A stretch of 63,964 bases of DNA, the filler included, from Deltaproteobacteria bacterium (GTDB lineage Bacteria > JAUYMQ01), in NCBI GenBank assembly GCA_030698575.1. It is 8 parts of 8 records of this genome, joined end to end, with 100 filler letters (N's around TTAATTAATTAA, not from the genome) between each part and the next. Parts side by side here need not be neighbours in the genome. Positions count along the whole stretch, not along the records: positions 1 to 17,329 come from JAUYMQ010000054.1; positions 17,430 to 31,564 come from JAUYMQ010000065.1; 6 more parts are not named here. One strand, given 5' to 3'. This document shows positions 7,032 through 17,994 of the stretch, piece by piece. The notes below the pieces were generated by a model. That model did no database searches. It was not told the DNA's origin and saw only the letters and a list, made by a program, of their open reading frames with translations. How positions within the stretch are numbered: the stretch's first letter is position 1; each line of letters starts with the position of its first letter. The translations under genes and the position numbers were made by a program.

Positions 7032-9320
7032 ATGCCGATCACGCCGGATCGCCCGAAACGAAAGGTCGTCACGGAAAGCGGGGGGAGCGCCCGAACCATC
7101 GCCCTCCTGGCCGCGCTTTCCTTCGCCCTCGCGGGCGCCTTTCTGCTCGCCCGTTTCCGGGCCTGGCACGCGCCCGATCCGCCACCCGGGCAAGAGATAG
7201 TCCTGATCGACGATTTCGAGGGATATGCCGACGAGCCCGCTCTTCGCGCCCGATGGGGGGGAGGAAGCGCTCCCGGCGCCCCGGCGCTTCCCCGGCTCGA
7301 GCATGCCATGGCCCTCGGTGGACGGAGCGCGCTCGGCGCCCGGATCGACGCGGGAGATCGGGGCGCCTGGCGGCCGCTGCGACTTGAAACAGGAGGCGGG
7401 ACGGTTCCAGCCAACTGGTCAGGCCACGAGACCCTGGCCTGCATGACCCGCTCGCTGGGCGCCGGCGAGGACGGACACCCGGCGGCGGCCCCGGGGCACG
7501 TTCACGATCTAGGCGATTACCTCTTCGTCGAGGTGGAAGCGCCTGACGCCCACAGCGGCCTCTGGCGCCGCGCCGCGCTACGGGCCGAGCGCAACCGCCG
7601 CTACCTCTCCTGGAGCAGCTGGAGCCGCTGGCAGGTCGATCTGCGGGGCGATCCGGACGCGCGTGGCCTCGATTGGCGCCGCGTACGCGCCCTGCGCGTT
7701 GCCGCAGCGGGAAGTTCCCCCATGCCCGTCTTCATCTATCTGGACCACTGCCGCCTCGAATCCCGCTACCGCCCCGTGCAGGACGCCGAATACACCTTTC
7801 TCGGCGTGAACATGTGGGACCTCTGGGGTCGGGGGGACGGGCCCTTCAAGGGGATGGATCTCCGTCGTCCCTTTGATGACGCCCTCCGTCGGGACATCCG
7901 GGAAAAACTCTCCTACCTCGCCGGGAAACGGATCCCCATCCTTCGGATCTTTCTCGACTACCACCTCGAGATCGATCCGGGCCGTGGAGTTTTCGAGGAC
8001 GATGTCCTCCGGCGAATCGATTTCGTCATCGACACGATCAGGGGGGAAGGCTGGCCGATGCGGCTCCTGATCAGCCTCTCCACCGGCTACGATCTGCAGA
8101 CCGGAATCAGCTGGTACACGCGGCAGGTCGAGGGCGACACCTACGCGAAGGTGCGGGCCTTTTACGTGGATCCCGCGCTCCGGGAGATCTACACGAAACA
8201 GATACTCCACGTCCTCGATCACGTGAACCCCTCCAGCGGGCTCCCGTGGAAGGAGGAGCCCGTGATCTGGGGCTGGGACGTCTCGAACGAGCCCCGCATC
8301 CTCTACGGGACCCCCGGCACGAGCTACGCCTCGCGCACGCGCGAGATGGTGGCCTGGTACGCCCAGATGTCGGGCGTCATCCGGAGCTTCGACACACGGC
8401 ACCGCATTGTCTCGGGCACCTTCTACAGCGGCAACGGGATCGAACCTCACGACAGCGATTACGACGACTGGAACATCTGGGAGCTGTTCACGCTGGACAC
8501 GATAGACGCCCTCTCCGTTCAGTCCTACGTCGGCCCCCACCTCCTGCGCACCGGACCGAAGCCGCTGATCCTGGAAGAGTTCGGCTATGGCGGCGCGTAC
8601 TTCGAGGACCCCACGGATGAGAAGCGCGCGGAGAACTACCGCTGGATGTTGCTCGACGGCGACAAGGTCTACCCTTCCGGCGTCGGGGCGCTGCTCTGGC
8701 AGATGAACTGGAATCACGGCTATGCCGACGGCAAGGAAATCCACTCGAGCCCGCCCTCGATGGAGTTCCAGTTCTCCCCCAAGCTTCGAAACAGCTCCCT
8801 GGATCTGTTCGAGTTCTACCTCGCGAAGTACAACCGGCTCACCGTCGAGCCCGAAGTCGAGGAGGGGTGGGGCCATTTCGGGGATCTTCGATGGCGCCAC
8901 CGCTCGATCCAGGGGCCCGTGGTGGTCGTCGAAAGCGAGCGTTTCGGAGACGGGTACGTGACGACGGTGGATGCCGGGAAGGGGCGCGGCCTGCGCGCCC
9001 TCTACGACCGCCTGCGATTGATGCTGGGGGCGCAGGGCCGGCTGGAGAACCGTATTTTCATCCCGAGGACGGGCCGCTACCGGCTGGAGGCCCGGGCCCG
9101 CGGGCCGGCGGATCGCTCGGGACTGCTCGAGGTTCGCATCGATGGTGATCCGCCGCGGCGCATCACCGTTCCCGCCGCTGGGGCGGCGGCTCAATGGCAC
9201 CGCGTCACGCTGGAGGAGCCGATCACGCTCCGTCACGGCGCACACGTCATTCGCATCGACCTCTGCACCGAGGGCATCGCGCTCGACCGCTATCGCCTCA
9301 TTCCCCTCGAACCCGCTTAA
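7032..9320 (+). CDS. Membrane-anchored clan GH-A (GH5 mannanase-like) glycoside hydrolase with CBM-like flanking domains
   Basis: N-terminal TM, IDDFEGY beta-sandwich start, GVNMW, WKEEPVIWGWDVSNEPR (acid/base Glu), LILEEFG (nucleophile), GALLWQ, C-terminal CBM-like domain. Confidence 0.8.
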   Translation: MPITPDRPKRKVVTESGGSARTIALLAALSFALAGAFLLARFRAWHAPDPPPGQEIVLIDDFEGYADEPALRARWGGGSAPGAPALPRLEHAMALGGRSALGARIDAGDRGAWRPLRLETGGGTVPANWSGHETLACMTRSLGAGEDGHPAAAPGHVHDLGDYLFVEVEAPDAHSGLWRRAALRAERNRRYLSWSSWSRWQVDLRGDPDARGLDWRRVRALRVAAAGSSPMPVFIYLDHCRLESRYRPVQDAEYTFLGVNMWDLWGRGDGPFKGMDLRRPFDDALRRDIREKLSYLAGKRIPILRIFLDYHLEIDPGRGVFEDDVLRRIDFVIDTIRGEGWPMRLLISLSTGYDLQTGISWYTRQVEGDTYAKVRAFYVDPALREIYTKQILHVLDHVNPSSGLPWKEEPVIWGWDVSNEPRILYGTPGTSYASRTREMVAWYAQMSGVIRSFDTRHRIVSGTFYSGNGIEPHDSDYDDWNIWELFTLDTIDALSVQSYVGPHLLRTGPKPLILEEFGYGGAYFEDPTDEKRAENYRWMLLDGDKVYPSGVGALLWQMNWNHGYADGKEIHSSPPSMEFQFSPKLRNSSLDLFEFYLAKYNRLTVEPEVEEGWGHFGDLRWRHRSIQGPVVVVESERFGDGYVTTVDAGKGRGLRALYDRLRLMLGAQGRLENRIFIPRTGRYRLEARARGPADRSGLLEVRIDGDPPRRITVPAAGAAAQWHRVTLEEPITLRHGAHVIRIDLCTEGIALDRYRLIPLEPA

Positions 9321-9400
9321 AGTTCCCCCCCGACCCTGCCGATGCGCCAACGAGACGGGAGGGCGATTCCGCGCCCTGCCCCCTCCGCGGACACGCTTTC

Positions 9401-10945
9401 ATGGCCGGCAACTCCCAGACAATGGCATTCTGCAACGAGCTCAAGCGGCTCATTGCGGCCAAGTGCACCCTCATCCAGCTTGAAACCTACGAGGAAGAAC
9501 GGGCCGAGCGCCTCATCAGCGCGGTCGCGGCGGGGCTGTTCGCCCGCCCGGTCCCGATTTCCCGCTGGACCTGCACGGACGGCCTCTCCGGCCCCGAGGG
9601 GCCAATGCCTGAAACCCGGGAGCCGCGGGCTGTGCTCGACTACATCTACTCGAACCGGGAAGCCGGCATCTTCATCCTCGAGGATTTCAATCCCTTCCTG
9701 AAGGACAACCCGCCGCTCAAGCGGAGGCTGCGGGATCTCGCGCGGGAGTGCGCCTCGAACTACGTGACCGTTATCCTGCTCGGCCCCCGGGCGGACCTCC
9801 CGGAGGATCTCCACCGCGACGTCGCGGTGCTCGACGTGCCGCTCCCCGACGAAAGGGAAATCCAGGAAACGCTCGATCGGATTCTCCGTGAATCGTCGCG
9901 TACGGCCGTCCTGGCGGACGGCCTGGGCGAAAGCCTCAGGACGCAGATCAGTCGCGCGGCTCTCGGCCTGACCGAGCGTCAGGCCTCCGAGGCCTTCAGG
10001 AAGGCCCTCGCGGGAAAGGCATCGATCGAGGACGGGGTTGTGAAGCTGGTGATTCAGGAAAAGAGCCAGCTTGTCAGAAAGGCGGCTGCGCTCGAATTCA
10101 TCGAGGAACTCCCCACGCTGGATGAGGTCGGCGGCCTCGACAATTTCAAGGCCTGGCTGCGCAAGCGCAGCGGCGTGCTCGGCGAAGCCGCACGCCTGGC
10201 GAAGATCGCGCCGCCAAAGGGCGTTCTTCTCACCGGCGTCTCCGGGTGCGGCAAGAGCTTCTGCGCGAAGGCCATCGCGAGCTTCTGGCAGATCCCGCTC
10301 CTTCGCTTCAACATGAGTAATCTCTACACCGGCAGCTCGGGGCTCTCCCCCGAAGAGGCCATGCGCCAGACCATCCGTATTGCCGAAACGGTGGCTCCCT
10401 GCGTGTTCTGGATCGACGAGATCGAGGCGGGCGTCTCGATCAACACGCAGAAAGCCGGGCAGGGATCGGCCTCGCGCGTGTTCGCGACCTTCCTGAACTG
10501 GATGCAGGAGAAGCGGGCTTTCGTTTTCGTGGCCGCCACCGCCAACGTAATCGATCTCTTGCCGCCCGAGATCCTGCGCAAGGGGCGGTTCGACGAAATC
10601 TTCTTCGTGGGGCTTCCGAGCATGGAGGAGCGCCTGGAGATCTTCAAGATTCACCTGGCGCGGACGGGGCAGGATCCGAACGGTTTCGATGTCCGGGCGC
10701 TGGCCAAGAACACCAACGGTTTCAATGGCGCGGAGGTCGAGCAGGTGGTGACCTGCGCGCTCGTCGAGGCATTCAACGCCGAACGAGCCCTCACGCAGAA
10801 CGATCTGGTCGTGAACGCCGGATCGATCGTTCCTCTTTCGGTCACGATGCGCGAGGAAATCGGGCGGATGGAACGCTGGGCCCACTCGCGCGCCGTTCTG
10901 GCGTCGGCCCCCAAGGGCGTCAAGGCGGGCTCTCCCGCAGCCTAG
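9401..10945 (+). CDS. Ycf46-like AAA+ ATPase
   Basis: DEVGGLDNFK, Walker A GVSGCGKS, Walker B WIDEIE, ATAN...LPPEILRKGRFDEIFFV; degenerate N-terminal AAA-like domain. Confidence 0.88.
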   Translation: MAGNSQTMAFCNELKRLIAAKCTLIQLETYEEERAERLISAVAAGLFARPVPISRWTCTDGLSGPEGPMPETREPRAVLDYIYSNREAGIFILEDFNPFLKDNPPLKRRLRDLARECASNYVTVILLGPRADLPEDLHRDVAVLDVPLPDEREIQETLDRILRESSRTAVLADGLGESLRTQISRAALGLTERQASEAFRKALAGKASIEDGVVKLVIQEKSQLVRKAAALEFIEELPTLDEVGGLDNFKAWLRKRSGVLGEAARLAKIAPPKGVLLTGVSGCGKSFCAKAIASFWQIPLLRFNMSNLYTGSSGLSPEEAMRQTIRIAETVAPCVFWIDEIEAGVSINTQKAGQGSASRVFATFLNWMQEKRAFVFVAATANVIDLLPPEILRKGRFDEIFFVGLPSMEERLEIFKIHLARTGQDPNGFDVRALAKNTNGFNGAEVEQVVTCALVEAFNAERALTQNDLVVNAGSIVPLSVTMREEIGRMERWAHSRAVLASAPKGVKAGSPAA

Positions 10946-10983
10946 AGCACCCCTCACAGCATCGCGCTTCGCGCGATTCCCGC

Positions 10984-11640
10984 CTACTTCGCCGAGTGGC
11001 GAACGTCCCTTCCTTCAACGTAGTAGATGACATCTTCGGCGATATTGGTGGCGTGATCGGCGACCCGCTCGAGGTTGCGCGAGATCAGGAGCAGGTGCAA
11101 GGCGCGCGTAACGACCTTCGGATCCTCGATCATGTAGGTCAGCAGCTCGCGGAAGATCTGCTTGTAGAGCCCGTCCACCTGGTCATCCCGATCGCACACG
11201 TCGAGAGCCTGGGATGGCTTCTGGCGGACGAGGCTGTCCAGACTGTCGCGCACCATCCCCCGTACGATCTCGAAGAGCCTCGGGAGATCGATGTAAGGCT
11301 TCAGCGGCGGCTCCTCGCTGAGGGCCAGGACCGCCTGGGCGATGTTGACGGCGGAATCACCCACGCGCTCGAGGTCGTTGTTAATCTTTATGACGGCCGC
11401 GACGAAGCGCAGATCGACAGCCGCCGGCTGGTAGCGCGCCAGCACGCTGTAGCACATTTCGTCGAGGTCCATCTCGATGCGGTCCACCTCGGGATCACTC
11501 TTGATAACGTGTTTAGCGAGATCGGCATCCCGCTCCATGAGAGACTTCTCGGCCTGATCAAGCATCGCCTCGACCAGCCCTCCCATCCGCAGAAGGCTCT
11601 GGCGAATTTCGTCGAGATCGCGATCCAGCGTCCGTTCCAT
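10984..11640 (-). CDS. phoU: Phosphate signalling protein PhoU
   Basis: QPAAVDLR, DLERVGD, NLERVADHATNIAE; downstream of pstB. Confidence 0.97.
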   Translation of the reverse strand: MERTLDRDLDEIRQSLLRMGGLVEAMLDQAEKSLMERDADLAKHVIKSDPEVDRIEMDLDEMCYSVLARYQPAAVDLRFVAAVIKINNDLERVGDSAVNIAQAVLALSEEPPLKPYIDLPRLFEIVRGMVRDSLDSLVRQKPSQALDVCDRDDQVDGLYKQIFRELLTYMIEDPKVVTRALHLLLISRNLERVADHATNIAEDVIYYVEGRDVRHSAK

Positions 11641-11700
11641 GCATACCCCGCCAATTGAGCCCGGCTTTCATCCGCGCCGGGCGGCGTCTTCGTCGCGGTT

Positions 11701-12549
11701 TCAGCCAAAGCGCCCGGTGATGTAGTCCTCTGTCTGCTTCTTCCTCGGCCTGATGAACAAAGTCTTCGTTTCAGCATACTCGATGAGCCGGCCATGGTAC
11801 AGAAAGGCCGTGAAGTCGGAGACGCGGGAAGCCTGCTGCATGTTGTGGGTAACGATGATCAGCGTGTAGCGCTTCTTGAGCTCCTGCATCAGCTCCTCGA
11901 TCTTCGCCGTCGCCACGGGATCGAGCGCCGAGCAGGGCTCATCGAGCAGAATGACGTCGGGCTCGACGCTCAGAGCCCGGGCGATACAGAGGCGCTGTTG
12001 CTGCCCGCCGGAGAGGCCGAGGGCGCTCTCGTCCAGCCGGTCCTTCACCTCGTCCCAGAGCGCCGCGCCCCGGAGACCCCGCTCGACGATCTCGTCCAGG
12101 TCGCGCTTGCGTCTGATCCCGTGAATCCGACAGCCGTAAGCGACGTTCTCGTAGATCGACTTCGGAAAGGGGTTTGATTTCTGGAACACCATGCCGATCC
12201 GCTTCCGCAGGCTGTTCACCTCCACGCTCGGGTCGAGGATGCTTGCGCCTTCGAAACGGATGTCCCCCTCGATCCTCACCTCATCGATCAGATCGTTCAG
12301 GCGATTGAAGCAGCGAAGCAGGGTCGATTTCCCGCATCCCGAGGGGCCGATGTACGCGGTGATCTGCCGGCTGGGAATGTCCATGCTGATGTCGTGTAGC
12401 GCCTGGCTCTCGCGGTACCAGAACGACAGGGAATCGATCTGGAAGAGGGCATCCTTGATTTCGGGGCGAACCGCATCATCGGTCCCCATCGCGGAGACAT
12501 CGGACTCCATCCATTCTCCCTCGTTCACGGGCGAAATCTTGATTTCCAC
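11701..12549 (-). CDS. pstB: Phosphate ABC transporter ATPase
   Basis: [43 protein letters not shown]. Confidence 0.97.
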   Translation of the reverse strand: MEIKISPVNEGEWMESDVSAMGTDDAVRPEIKDALFQIDSLSFWYRESQALHDISMDIPSRQITAYIGPSGCGKSTLLRCFNRLNDLIDEVRIEGDIRFEGASILDPSVEVNSLRKRIGMVFQKSNPFPKSIYENVAYGCRIHGIRRKRDLDEIVERGLRGAALWDEVKDRLDESALGLSGGQQQRLCIARALSVEPDVILLDEPCSALDPVATAKIEELMQELKKRYTLIIVTHNMQQASRVSDFTAFLYHGRLIEYAETKTLFIRPRKKQTEDYITGRFG

Positions 12550-12569
12550 CTGGAGTTTACCTCCGATCC

Positions 12570-14222
12570 TCAGATCGCACTAGAGGCGTATTTGCGCCGC
12601 AAGCGGTTCCTCACCACGATGGCGGCCACATTCATCAGTGTCACCACGAGCACCAGCAGAAGCGCGGTGGCGAATACCAGCGGGGTGGTGGCCTCGACGT
12701 TGGGGCTCTGGAATCCGACGTCGTAGATGTGAAATCCGAGGTGCATGAACTTCCGCTCGAGATGAACGAAGGGAAAGTGGTGATCGAGGGGGAGCGTGGG
12801 CGCCAGCTTGACCATCCCGACGATCATGAGCGGCGCCACCTCCCCGGCCGCCCGGGCCATCGCAAGGATCATGCCGGTAAGGATTCCCGGGGCGGCGGCC
12901 GGGAGCACCACCCTCCGGATCGTCTCGAACTTGGTCGCGCCGAGCGCCAGCGACCCCTCCCTCGTGCCGCGCGGCACGGCGGCGAGCCCCTCCTCCGTGG
13001 CAACGATCACCACGGGAACTGTCAGGAGCGCGAGAGTAAGGCTGGCCCAGAGAATTCCGCCGGTTCCGTAGGTTGGCGTGGGGAGAGCGTCGGGGTAGAA
13101 GAGCCGGTCGATGGAACCGCCGACAAGATAGACAAAGAATCCAAGTCCGAAGACGCCGAACACGATGGAGGGGACGCCCGCCAGATTGTTCACCGCGATA
13201 CGAACCGTCCGCACCAGCACTCCCTGCTTCGCGTACTCGCGGAGATAGAGGGCGGCGAGCACCCCCAACGGGACCACCGCGATCGACATGATGAAGACCA
13301 TGAGGACCGTGCCAAAGATGGCCGGAAAGATGCCGCCCTCGGTATTGGACTCACGGGGGTCGTCCCACACGAACTCCCGGACGCGGCCGAGGTAGAGCCC
13401 GGCGCGATCGAGCAAGCTCATGGCGTTAGGCCTGACGGCCCGCACGATCTCGCCCACCGCGATCGCATTCCGCTCGCCGTCGGCGGTCTCCATCACCAGC
13501 TGCTCCTCCGCGAGGGACTCGCGCTCCTCGAAGAGCCGGTCGGCGAGGACCTGGTACTGGGCCTCCCGCTCCTTCGTCTCGTGCGCGATGGCCGCTTCCT
13601 GCAGCGCGCGCTCATCCGGGGAGAGATCTCGCCGCGCCAGCCGCTTCCCCGCGAGGCGGAGCCGCTCGATCTCGAAGTTGATATCGCCAATTTCGCCCCT
13701 CTCGAGCCGTTCGATTGCCTCTCGCCGGGCCACCTTCTCCTCGTGGAGCGGCCCGAAGGCGCGCCACACTTCGTCCGGGCCGCGGGCCAGGACCTCGTCG
13801 CCCCGGCGGAGCTCCACCGCCCTGCCGTAAAAGTGTCCCCACTCCAGGCGCTCGAGCAGAAGCGCATCCTCCGGGTAGGAAATCTCCGCAATCTGATCAT
13901 CGTCAATCCAGACGAAGCCCGCTCCGGTCACGTCCCGGTTACCGACCCTGAGCTGGAGCCGCCCCGTCATCTCGAGCGTCTTGCCCGGCGTGGGGGGCCG
14001 CTCCTCCCGGCCGCTGATCTCCCCGAGCAGGCGCCGGCCGTCCTCGAGGCGGCAGAGGGCAACCCGGCCCTGCCAGAAGTAATCGAGACCCCGGTAACCG
14101 ATGAACCCGATGACCGCAACAATCATGAGGAGATTGAACGCAAGCGCGCCCCCGCACAGCCAGGTGAGGGATTCACCCACCCGCTCGCTCCGCCGCGTCC
14201 GATCATCCCGGCCGAGATTCAT
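12570..14222 (-). CDS. pstA: Phosphate ABC transporter permease, long form
   Basis: [37 protein letters not shown]; large coiled-coil-containing insertion. Confidence 0.95.
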   Translation of the reverse strand: MNLGRDDRTRRSERVGESLTWLCGGALAFNLLMIVAVIGFIGYRGLDYFWQGRVALCRLEDGRRLLGEISGREERPPTPGKTLEMTGRLQLRVGNRDVTGAGFVWIDDDQIAEISYPEDALLLERLEWGHFYGRAVELRRGDEVLARGPDEVWRAFGPLHEEKVARREAIERLERGEIGDINFEIERLRLAGKRLARRDLSPDERALQEAAIAHETKEREAQYQVLADRLFEERESLAEEQLVMETADGERNAIAVGEIVRAVRPNAMSLLDRAGLYLGRVREFVWDDPRESNTEGGIFPAIFGTVLMVFIMSIAVVPLGVLAALYLREYAKQGVLVRTVRIAVNNLAGVPSIVFGVFGLGFFVYLVGGSIDRLFYPDALPTPTYGTGGILWASLTLALLTVPVVIVATEEGLAAVPRGTREGSLALGATKFETIRRVVLPAAAPGILTGMILAMARAAGEVAPLMIVGMVKLAPTLPLDHHFPFVHLERKFMHLGFHIYDVGFQSPNVEATTPLVFATALLLVLVVTLMNVAAIVVRNRLRRKYASSAI

Positions 14223-14235
14223 GAAAAGCGTCCTC

Positions 14236-16542
14236 TCACAACTGCGCGTAGCGGCGGCGCAGTCGCTGGCGCACCAACTCCGCGGCGGTGTTCACCACGA
14301 AGGTCAGAATGAAGAGCAGGAGCGCCGCCAGAAAGAGGGTCCGGTAGAGGGTGTCACCCCGGGGCGCTTCGGGAATTTCGACCGCGATGTTGGCCGACAG
14401 CGTCCGGAACCCGTTGAAGGGGTTCCAGTCCATGATGGGCGTATTCCCTGTGGCCATGAGCACGATCATCGTCTCTCCGACCGCGCGGCCAAAGCCGATC
14501 ATCACAGCGGAGAAGATGCCCGGGCTGGCGGTGGGAAATACGACACGCGTCACCGTCTGCCAGCGACTGGCCCCCAGCGCCAGGGAGCCGCTCACGAGGT
14601 TCTGGGGAACATTCGAAAAGGCGTCCTCGGAAATCGAGAAGATGATGGGAATGACGGCGAACCCCATGGCCATTCCCACGACGACCGCGTTGCGCTGGTC
14701 GTAGGCGAGACCGGTCGTCGCCGTGAGCCACTCCGGGAAGTTCCCGCCGAAGGCGAGGGACTCCAGGAACGGCGACAGCTCGATGCAGAACCAGATACCG
14801 ACGGCCAGCGACACCGTGAAGGGAAGGACCTCCATCCCGACGGGGAGCCGCGCAGCAATGCGGGACCGAAGGCTTCGAACCGCCCACCCTGTGAGGAGCA
14901 CGAGGGCGGGCAGGATGAGGAGCATGAGGAGCAGTGACGGGAGCACCTGCTCGAGGCGCGGCGCCAGCCAGAGCCCCGCGAGAAAGCCCAGCACGACGCT
15001 GGGCAGCGCCGCCATGATCTCGATCGTGGGCTTCACGTAGTTCTTCAGCGCCGGGTGCATGAACTGCGACGCGTACATCGCCCCGAACACCGCCAGGGGA
15101 ATGGCGAGAATCAGGGAGTAGAGCGTGCCCTTGAGGGTGCCCACCAGCAGCGGTGTGAGGCTCAGCTTGGGTTCGAAGGCATCCGAGGCGCTCGACGACT
15201 GCCAGACGAACTCCGGGCTGCCGTAGCCCTCGTACCAGACGCGGCCGAACAACGCGCGAAGCGAGACCTGGGGGTGGGGATTGCGGATCGACAGCTCGGC
15301 CAGGCCGCCCTCCCCCGTGACAAAGGCTGCGTCGGCCTTCGGCGAGAACGCGAGTGCCCCGGGAGCGCGCACGGGCGCTTCACCCGTCCAGAGCGTCCGC
15401 CCCGAAGTCGAATAGTAAAGACCCATCCCGCCCCTCGCATCCATCGCGAGGAAACCCTTGTCGCGCTGCGAGGAGGAGATCCAGCGAATCGCGGCCGCGT
15501 GCGGGGGAAAATCGCGTATGCGCTGGAGGGCGTAGCTCCCGTCCTCCCGCGGAACGCGGAACCAGACGCTCAGCGCGCCGTCGGCCTCACCGACCACCAG
15601 CGCCTGTCCACCGATGAGGAGCGCCAGCGCGGTGATACCGCCTCCCGCGGTTCTCGCTTCCTCCGGCGGCCCGAGGGTGGCCCCCGAGAGAGGCCAGGCG
15701 AACAGCCTGCCGTCCGCCGTGCCGCCGTACAGCCGCCGGCCGTCGGGCGCCATGGTGAGGCAGCTCAGGCGGAAGGCCAGCGGAATTTCACCCCTCACGA
15801 TACTTTCGGTGATCTCGCCCGTGAGCAGGTTCTCCCGCGAACTGCGGCGCAGGACGGCCAGCGCGCCGCTCTCGAGCTGGCCAGCGACCGTCGCTCCTTC
15901 CTCCCCGAGATGGACGGCATGCACCGCGACCGGGCCGCCGGAGGGGTCGAGGGGCACCACGACCGGCGGGTCGATGCCCGGGGTAGTCACCCGATCCTGC
16001 GCGTCGAACGTAACGGGCCAGCGGACGCGGCCGATGGCAACCCGGCCGTCGGAAGTCGACGCCGAGACGATCCCGCGCGTGGGCTGGGAAGAGAGGTCGA
16101 GCAAGGTGAGAGGTGTAGCGCCCGCTTCCGCAGAACCGGCGGAGGGATGCTCCGATCGGGCTGCTGGATCAGCTGGCGGTATGAGGGGCTGCCGGAGGAC
16201 GATCTCGCCGTCCTCCACCCGCAGGACGGTGAGGGACCCCGCGGTGTCCAGGCCGGCCACGAAGGTGCGGTGCTCGTCCGCCAGGAGGGTTAGCAGCGAC
16301 GCGGATGGGAGCGAAACGATCCGCGCCACGCGAACCGTCGCCCCCGATAGCAGCGGCCATACCTCCATCAGGATGAAGACCAGGATGCCGAGAATGCTGG
16401 CGATGATGAGCAGCCCGCCGGCCGAAACCGTCCAGCGGGCGATTCGATCGGCCCGGAGCCGGCGCGCGGTCGCGCCGTTCAGCGACCAGCGGCGAGCGTC
16501 GACAAGGCGCGAGGGCGAAGCATCCTCCGGAACGACGCTCAT
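14236..16542 (-). CDS. pstC: Phosphate ABC transporter permease with large beta-propeller-like extramembrane domain
   Basis: PLLVGTLKG, ALPSVVLG, GRAVGETMIVLMATGN, TLSANIA; start chosen at ATG (MSVVPED). Confidence 0.93.
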   Translation of the reverse strand: MSVVPEDASPSRLVDARRWSLNGATARRLRADRIARWTVSAGGLLIIASILGILVFILMEVWPLLSGATVRVARIVSLPSASLLTLLADEHRTFVAGLDTAGSLTVLRVEDGEIVLRQPLIPPADPAARSEHPSAGSAEAGATPLTLLDLSSQPTRGIVSASTSDGRVAIGRVRWPVTFDAQDRVTTPGIDPPVVVPLDPSGGPVAVHAVHLGEEGATVAGQLESGALAVLRRSSRENLLTGEITESIVRGEIPLAFRLSCLTMAPDGRRLYGGTADGRLFAWPLSGATLGPPEEARTAGGGITALALLIGGQALVVGEADGALSVWFRVPREDGSYALQRIRDFPPHAAAIRWISSSQRDKGFLAMDARGGMGLYYSTSGRTLWTGEAPVRAPGALAFSPKADAAFVTGEGGLAELSIRNPHPQVSLRALFGRVWYEGYGSPEFVWQSSSASDAFEPKLSLTPLLVGTLKGTLYSLILAIPLAVFGAMYASQFMHPALKNYVKPTIEIMAALPSVVLGFLAGLWLAPRLEQVLPSLLLMLLILPALVLLTGWAVRSLRSRIAARLPVGMEVLPFTVSLAVGIWFCIELSPFLESLAFGGNFPEWLTATTGLAYDQRNAVVVGMAMGFAVIPIIFSISEDAFSNVPQNLVSGSLALGASRWQTVTRVVFPTASPGIFSAVMIGFGRAVGETMIVLMATGNTPIMDWNPFNGFRTLSANIAVEIPEAPRGDTLYRTLFLAALLLFILTFVVNTAAELVRQRLRRRYAQL

Positions 16543-16586
16543 CGGATCCTCGTCAGGCCCCGTTCCCGCCGCCCCCCGCCGGGCTG

Positions 16587-17329
16587 CTACTGCAGCTTGG
16601 CAAGCTCCTGCGCAACGAGACGCTCGGGTAGCGGGAGATAGCCGTCCTTGACGACGACCTGCTGGCCGTCCCGGCTGAGCACGTACTTGATGAACGCGCC
16701 CACCAGCGGATCCAGCGGCTTGTTGGGGGTCCTGTTGACATACAGATAGAGGAAGCGGGCCAGAGGGTATTCGCCGGAGATGACTTCCTCGTAGGAGACC
16801 CCGTAGGCGGTTCCGCCTGCCTCCTTGGAAACCTTGAGCGCCTTTACGCCGGAGGTCCGGTAGCCGATCCCGCTGTAACCGATGCCGTTCACGTCCTCGG
16901 TCACGCCCTGGACAACCGAGGCGGAACCCGGCTGCTCCTTCACAGTGTCCTTGTAGTCGCCGCCAAAGAGCGCATGTTCCTTGAAATAGCCGTACGTGCC
17001 GGACGCCGAGTTTCTTCCGTAGATACTGAGCGGCCGCGTGGCCCACGGGCCGGTGAGGCCGAGATTGCCCCAGGTCGCGATGTCCTTCGGGGCCCCGCCG
17101 AGCCGGGTCTTCGAGAAGACGGCGTCAAGCTGCGGGAGGGTGACGCTCTCGAGGGGATTGTCCTTGTTCACGTAGACCGCCAGGCCGTCGAGTGCCACGC
17201 TGATCTGCGTGGGCTTGTAGCCGAATTTCGATTCGAAGGCGTCGATCTCGGTCGATTTCATCGCCCGGCTCATCGGACCAATCTGCGCCGTGCCCGATAT
17301 GAGCGCGGGCGGGGCCGTCGACGAGCCCT
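16587..17329 (-). CDS. pstS: Phosphate-binding protein (5' truncated by contig end)
   Basis: GSSTAPPALISG...GPMSR, GRNSASGTYGYF, YPLARFLYLYVN. Confidence 0.95.
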
Positions 17330-17429
17330 NNNNNNNNNNNNNNNNNNNNNNNNNNNNNNNNNNNNNNNNNNNNTTAATTAATTAANNNNNNNNNNNNNNN
17401 NNNNNNNNNNNNNNNNNNNNNNNNNNNNN
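17330..17429. other. Artificial contig linker
   Basis: 44 N + TTAATTAATTAA + 44 N; genes truncated on both sides. Confidence 0.99.
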
Positions 17430-17431
17430 CT

Positions 17432-17932
17432 TATCTCTCGGTGAAGAGCGCCATCGAGTACATCCGGGGCGAAAGGCTGCGCGAGGAATACGAGGTGAGG
17501 CAGTTTCCCGAGCGCGAGCGCCGGGAGATTTACGATATCTACAAGGATAAGGGCTTCGAGCCGCCCATTCTTGATTCGATCGTCGATCACATCTGCGCCG
17601 ACGAGAAGCGGTGGGTGAAGATCATGATGCAGGAGGAGCTGAACCTGGTCGAGGAAGAGACGCTCTCGCCTTCGAAGTCGGCGTTCGCAACGGGCGGCGC
17701 GTATGTGGTGGCCTCGCTCATGCCCGTGCTCCCCTTCGTTTTCTCCGACGACGTCCACCTCTCCTTCCTCTGGAGCATCGCGCTGACCATCGGCGCGCTC
17801 TTCTTCGTGGGCGCGAGCAAGACCGTGGTGACGGGCCTCAAATGGTGGCGGAGCGGCCTCGAGGCCATGCTGATCGGTGGAGTTGCGGCCATGGCGACCT
17901 TCTACATCGGCGCCTGGGTGGCGAGTATCTGA
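17432..17932 (+). CDS. VIT1/CCC1 family Fe/Mn transporter (5' truncated)
   Basis: YLSVKS, EREIYDIYKDKGF, IMMQEEL, three C-terminal TM helices with PVLPF and LFFVGA. Confidence 0.88.
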   Translation, partial: YLSVKSAIEYIRGERLREEYEVRQFPERERREIYDIYKDKGFEPPILDSIVDHICADEKRWVKIMMQEELNLVEEETLSPSKSAFATGGAYVVASLMPVLPFVFSDDVHLSFLWSIALTIGALFFVGASKTVVTGLKWWRSGLEAMLIGGVAAMATFYIGAWVASI

Positions 17933-17994
17933 GCGGGCGGGACGCTGGCTCACCGGGGGCGGACCGTATCGACACCCCTCCGAAAGGGGTAAGC

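Noticed and set aside
12570-16542. Unusually long PstA and PstC
   Set aside because: Long forms with large extramembrane domains are a known variant of the Pst permeases
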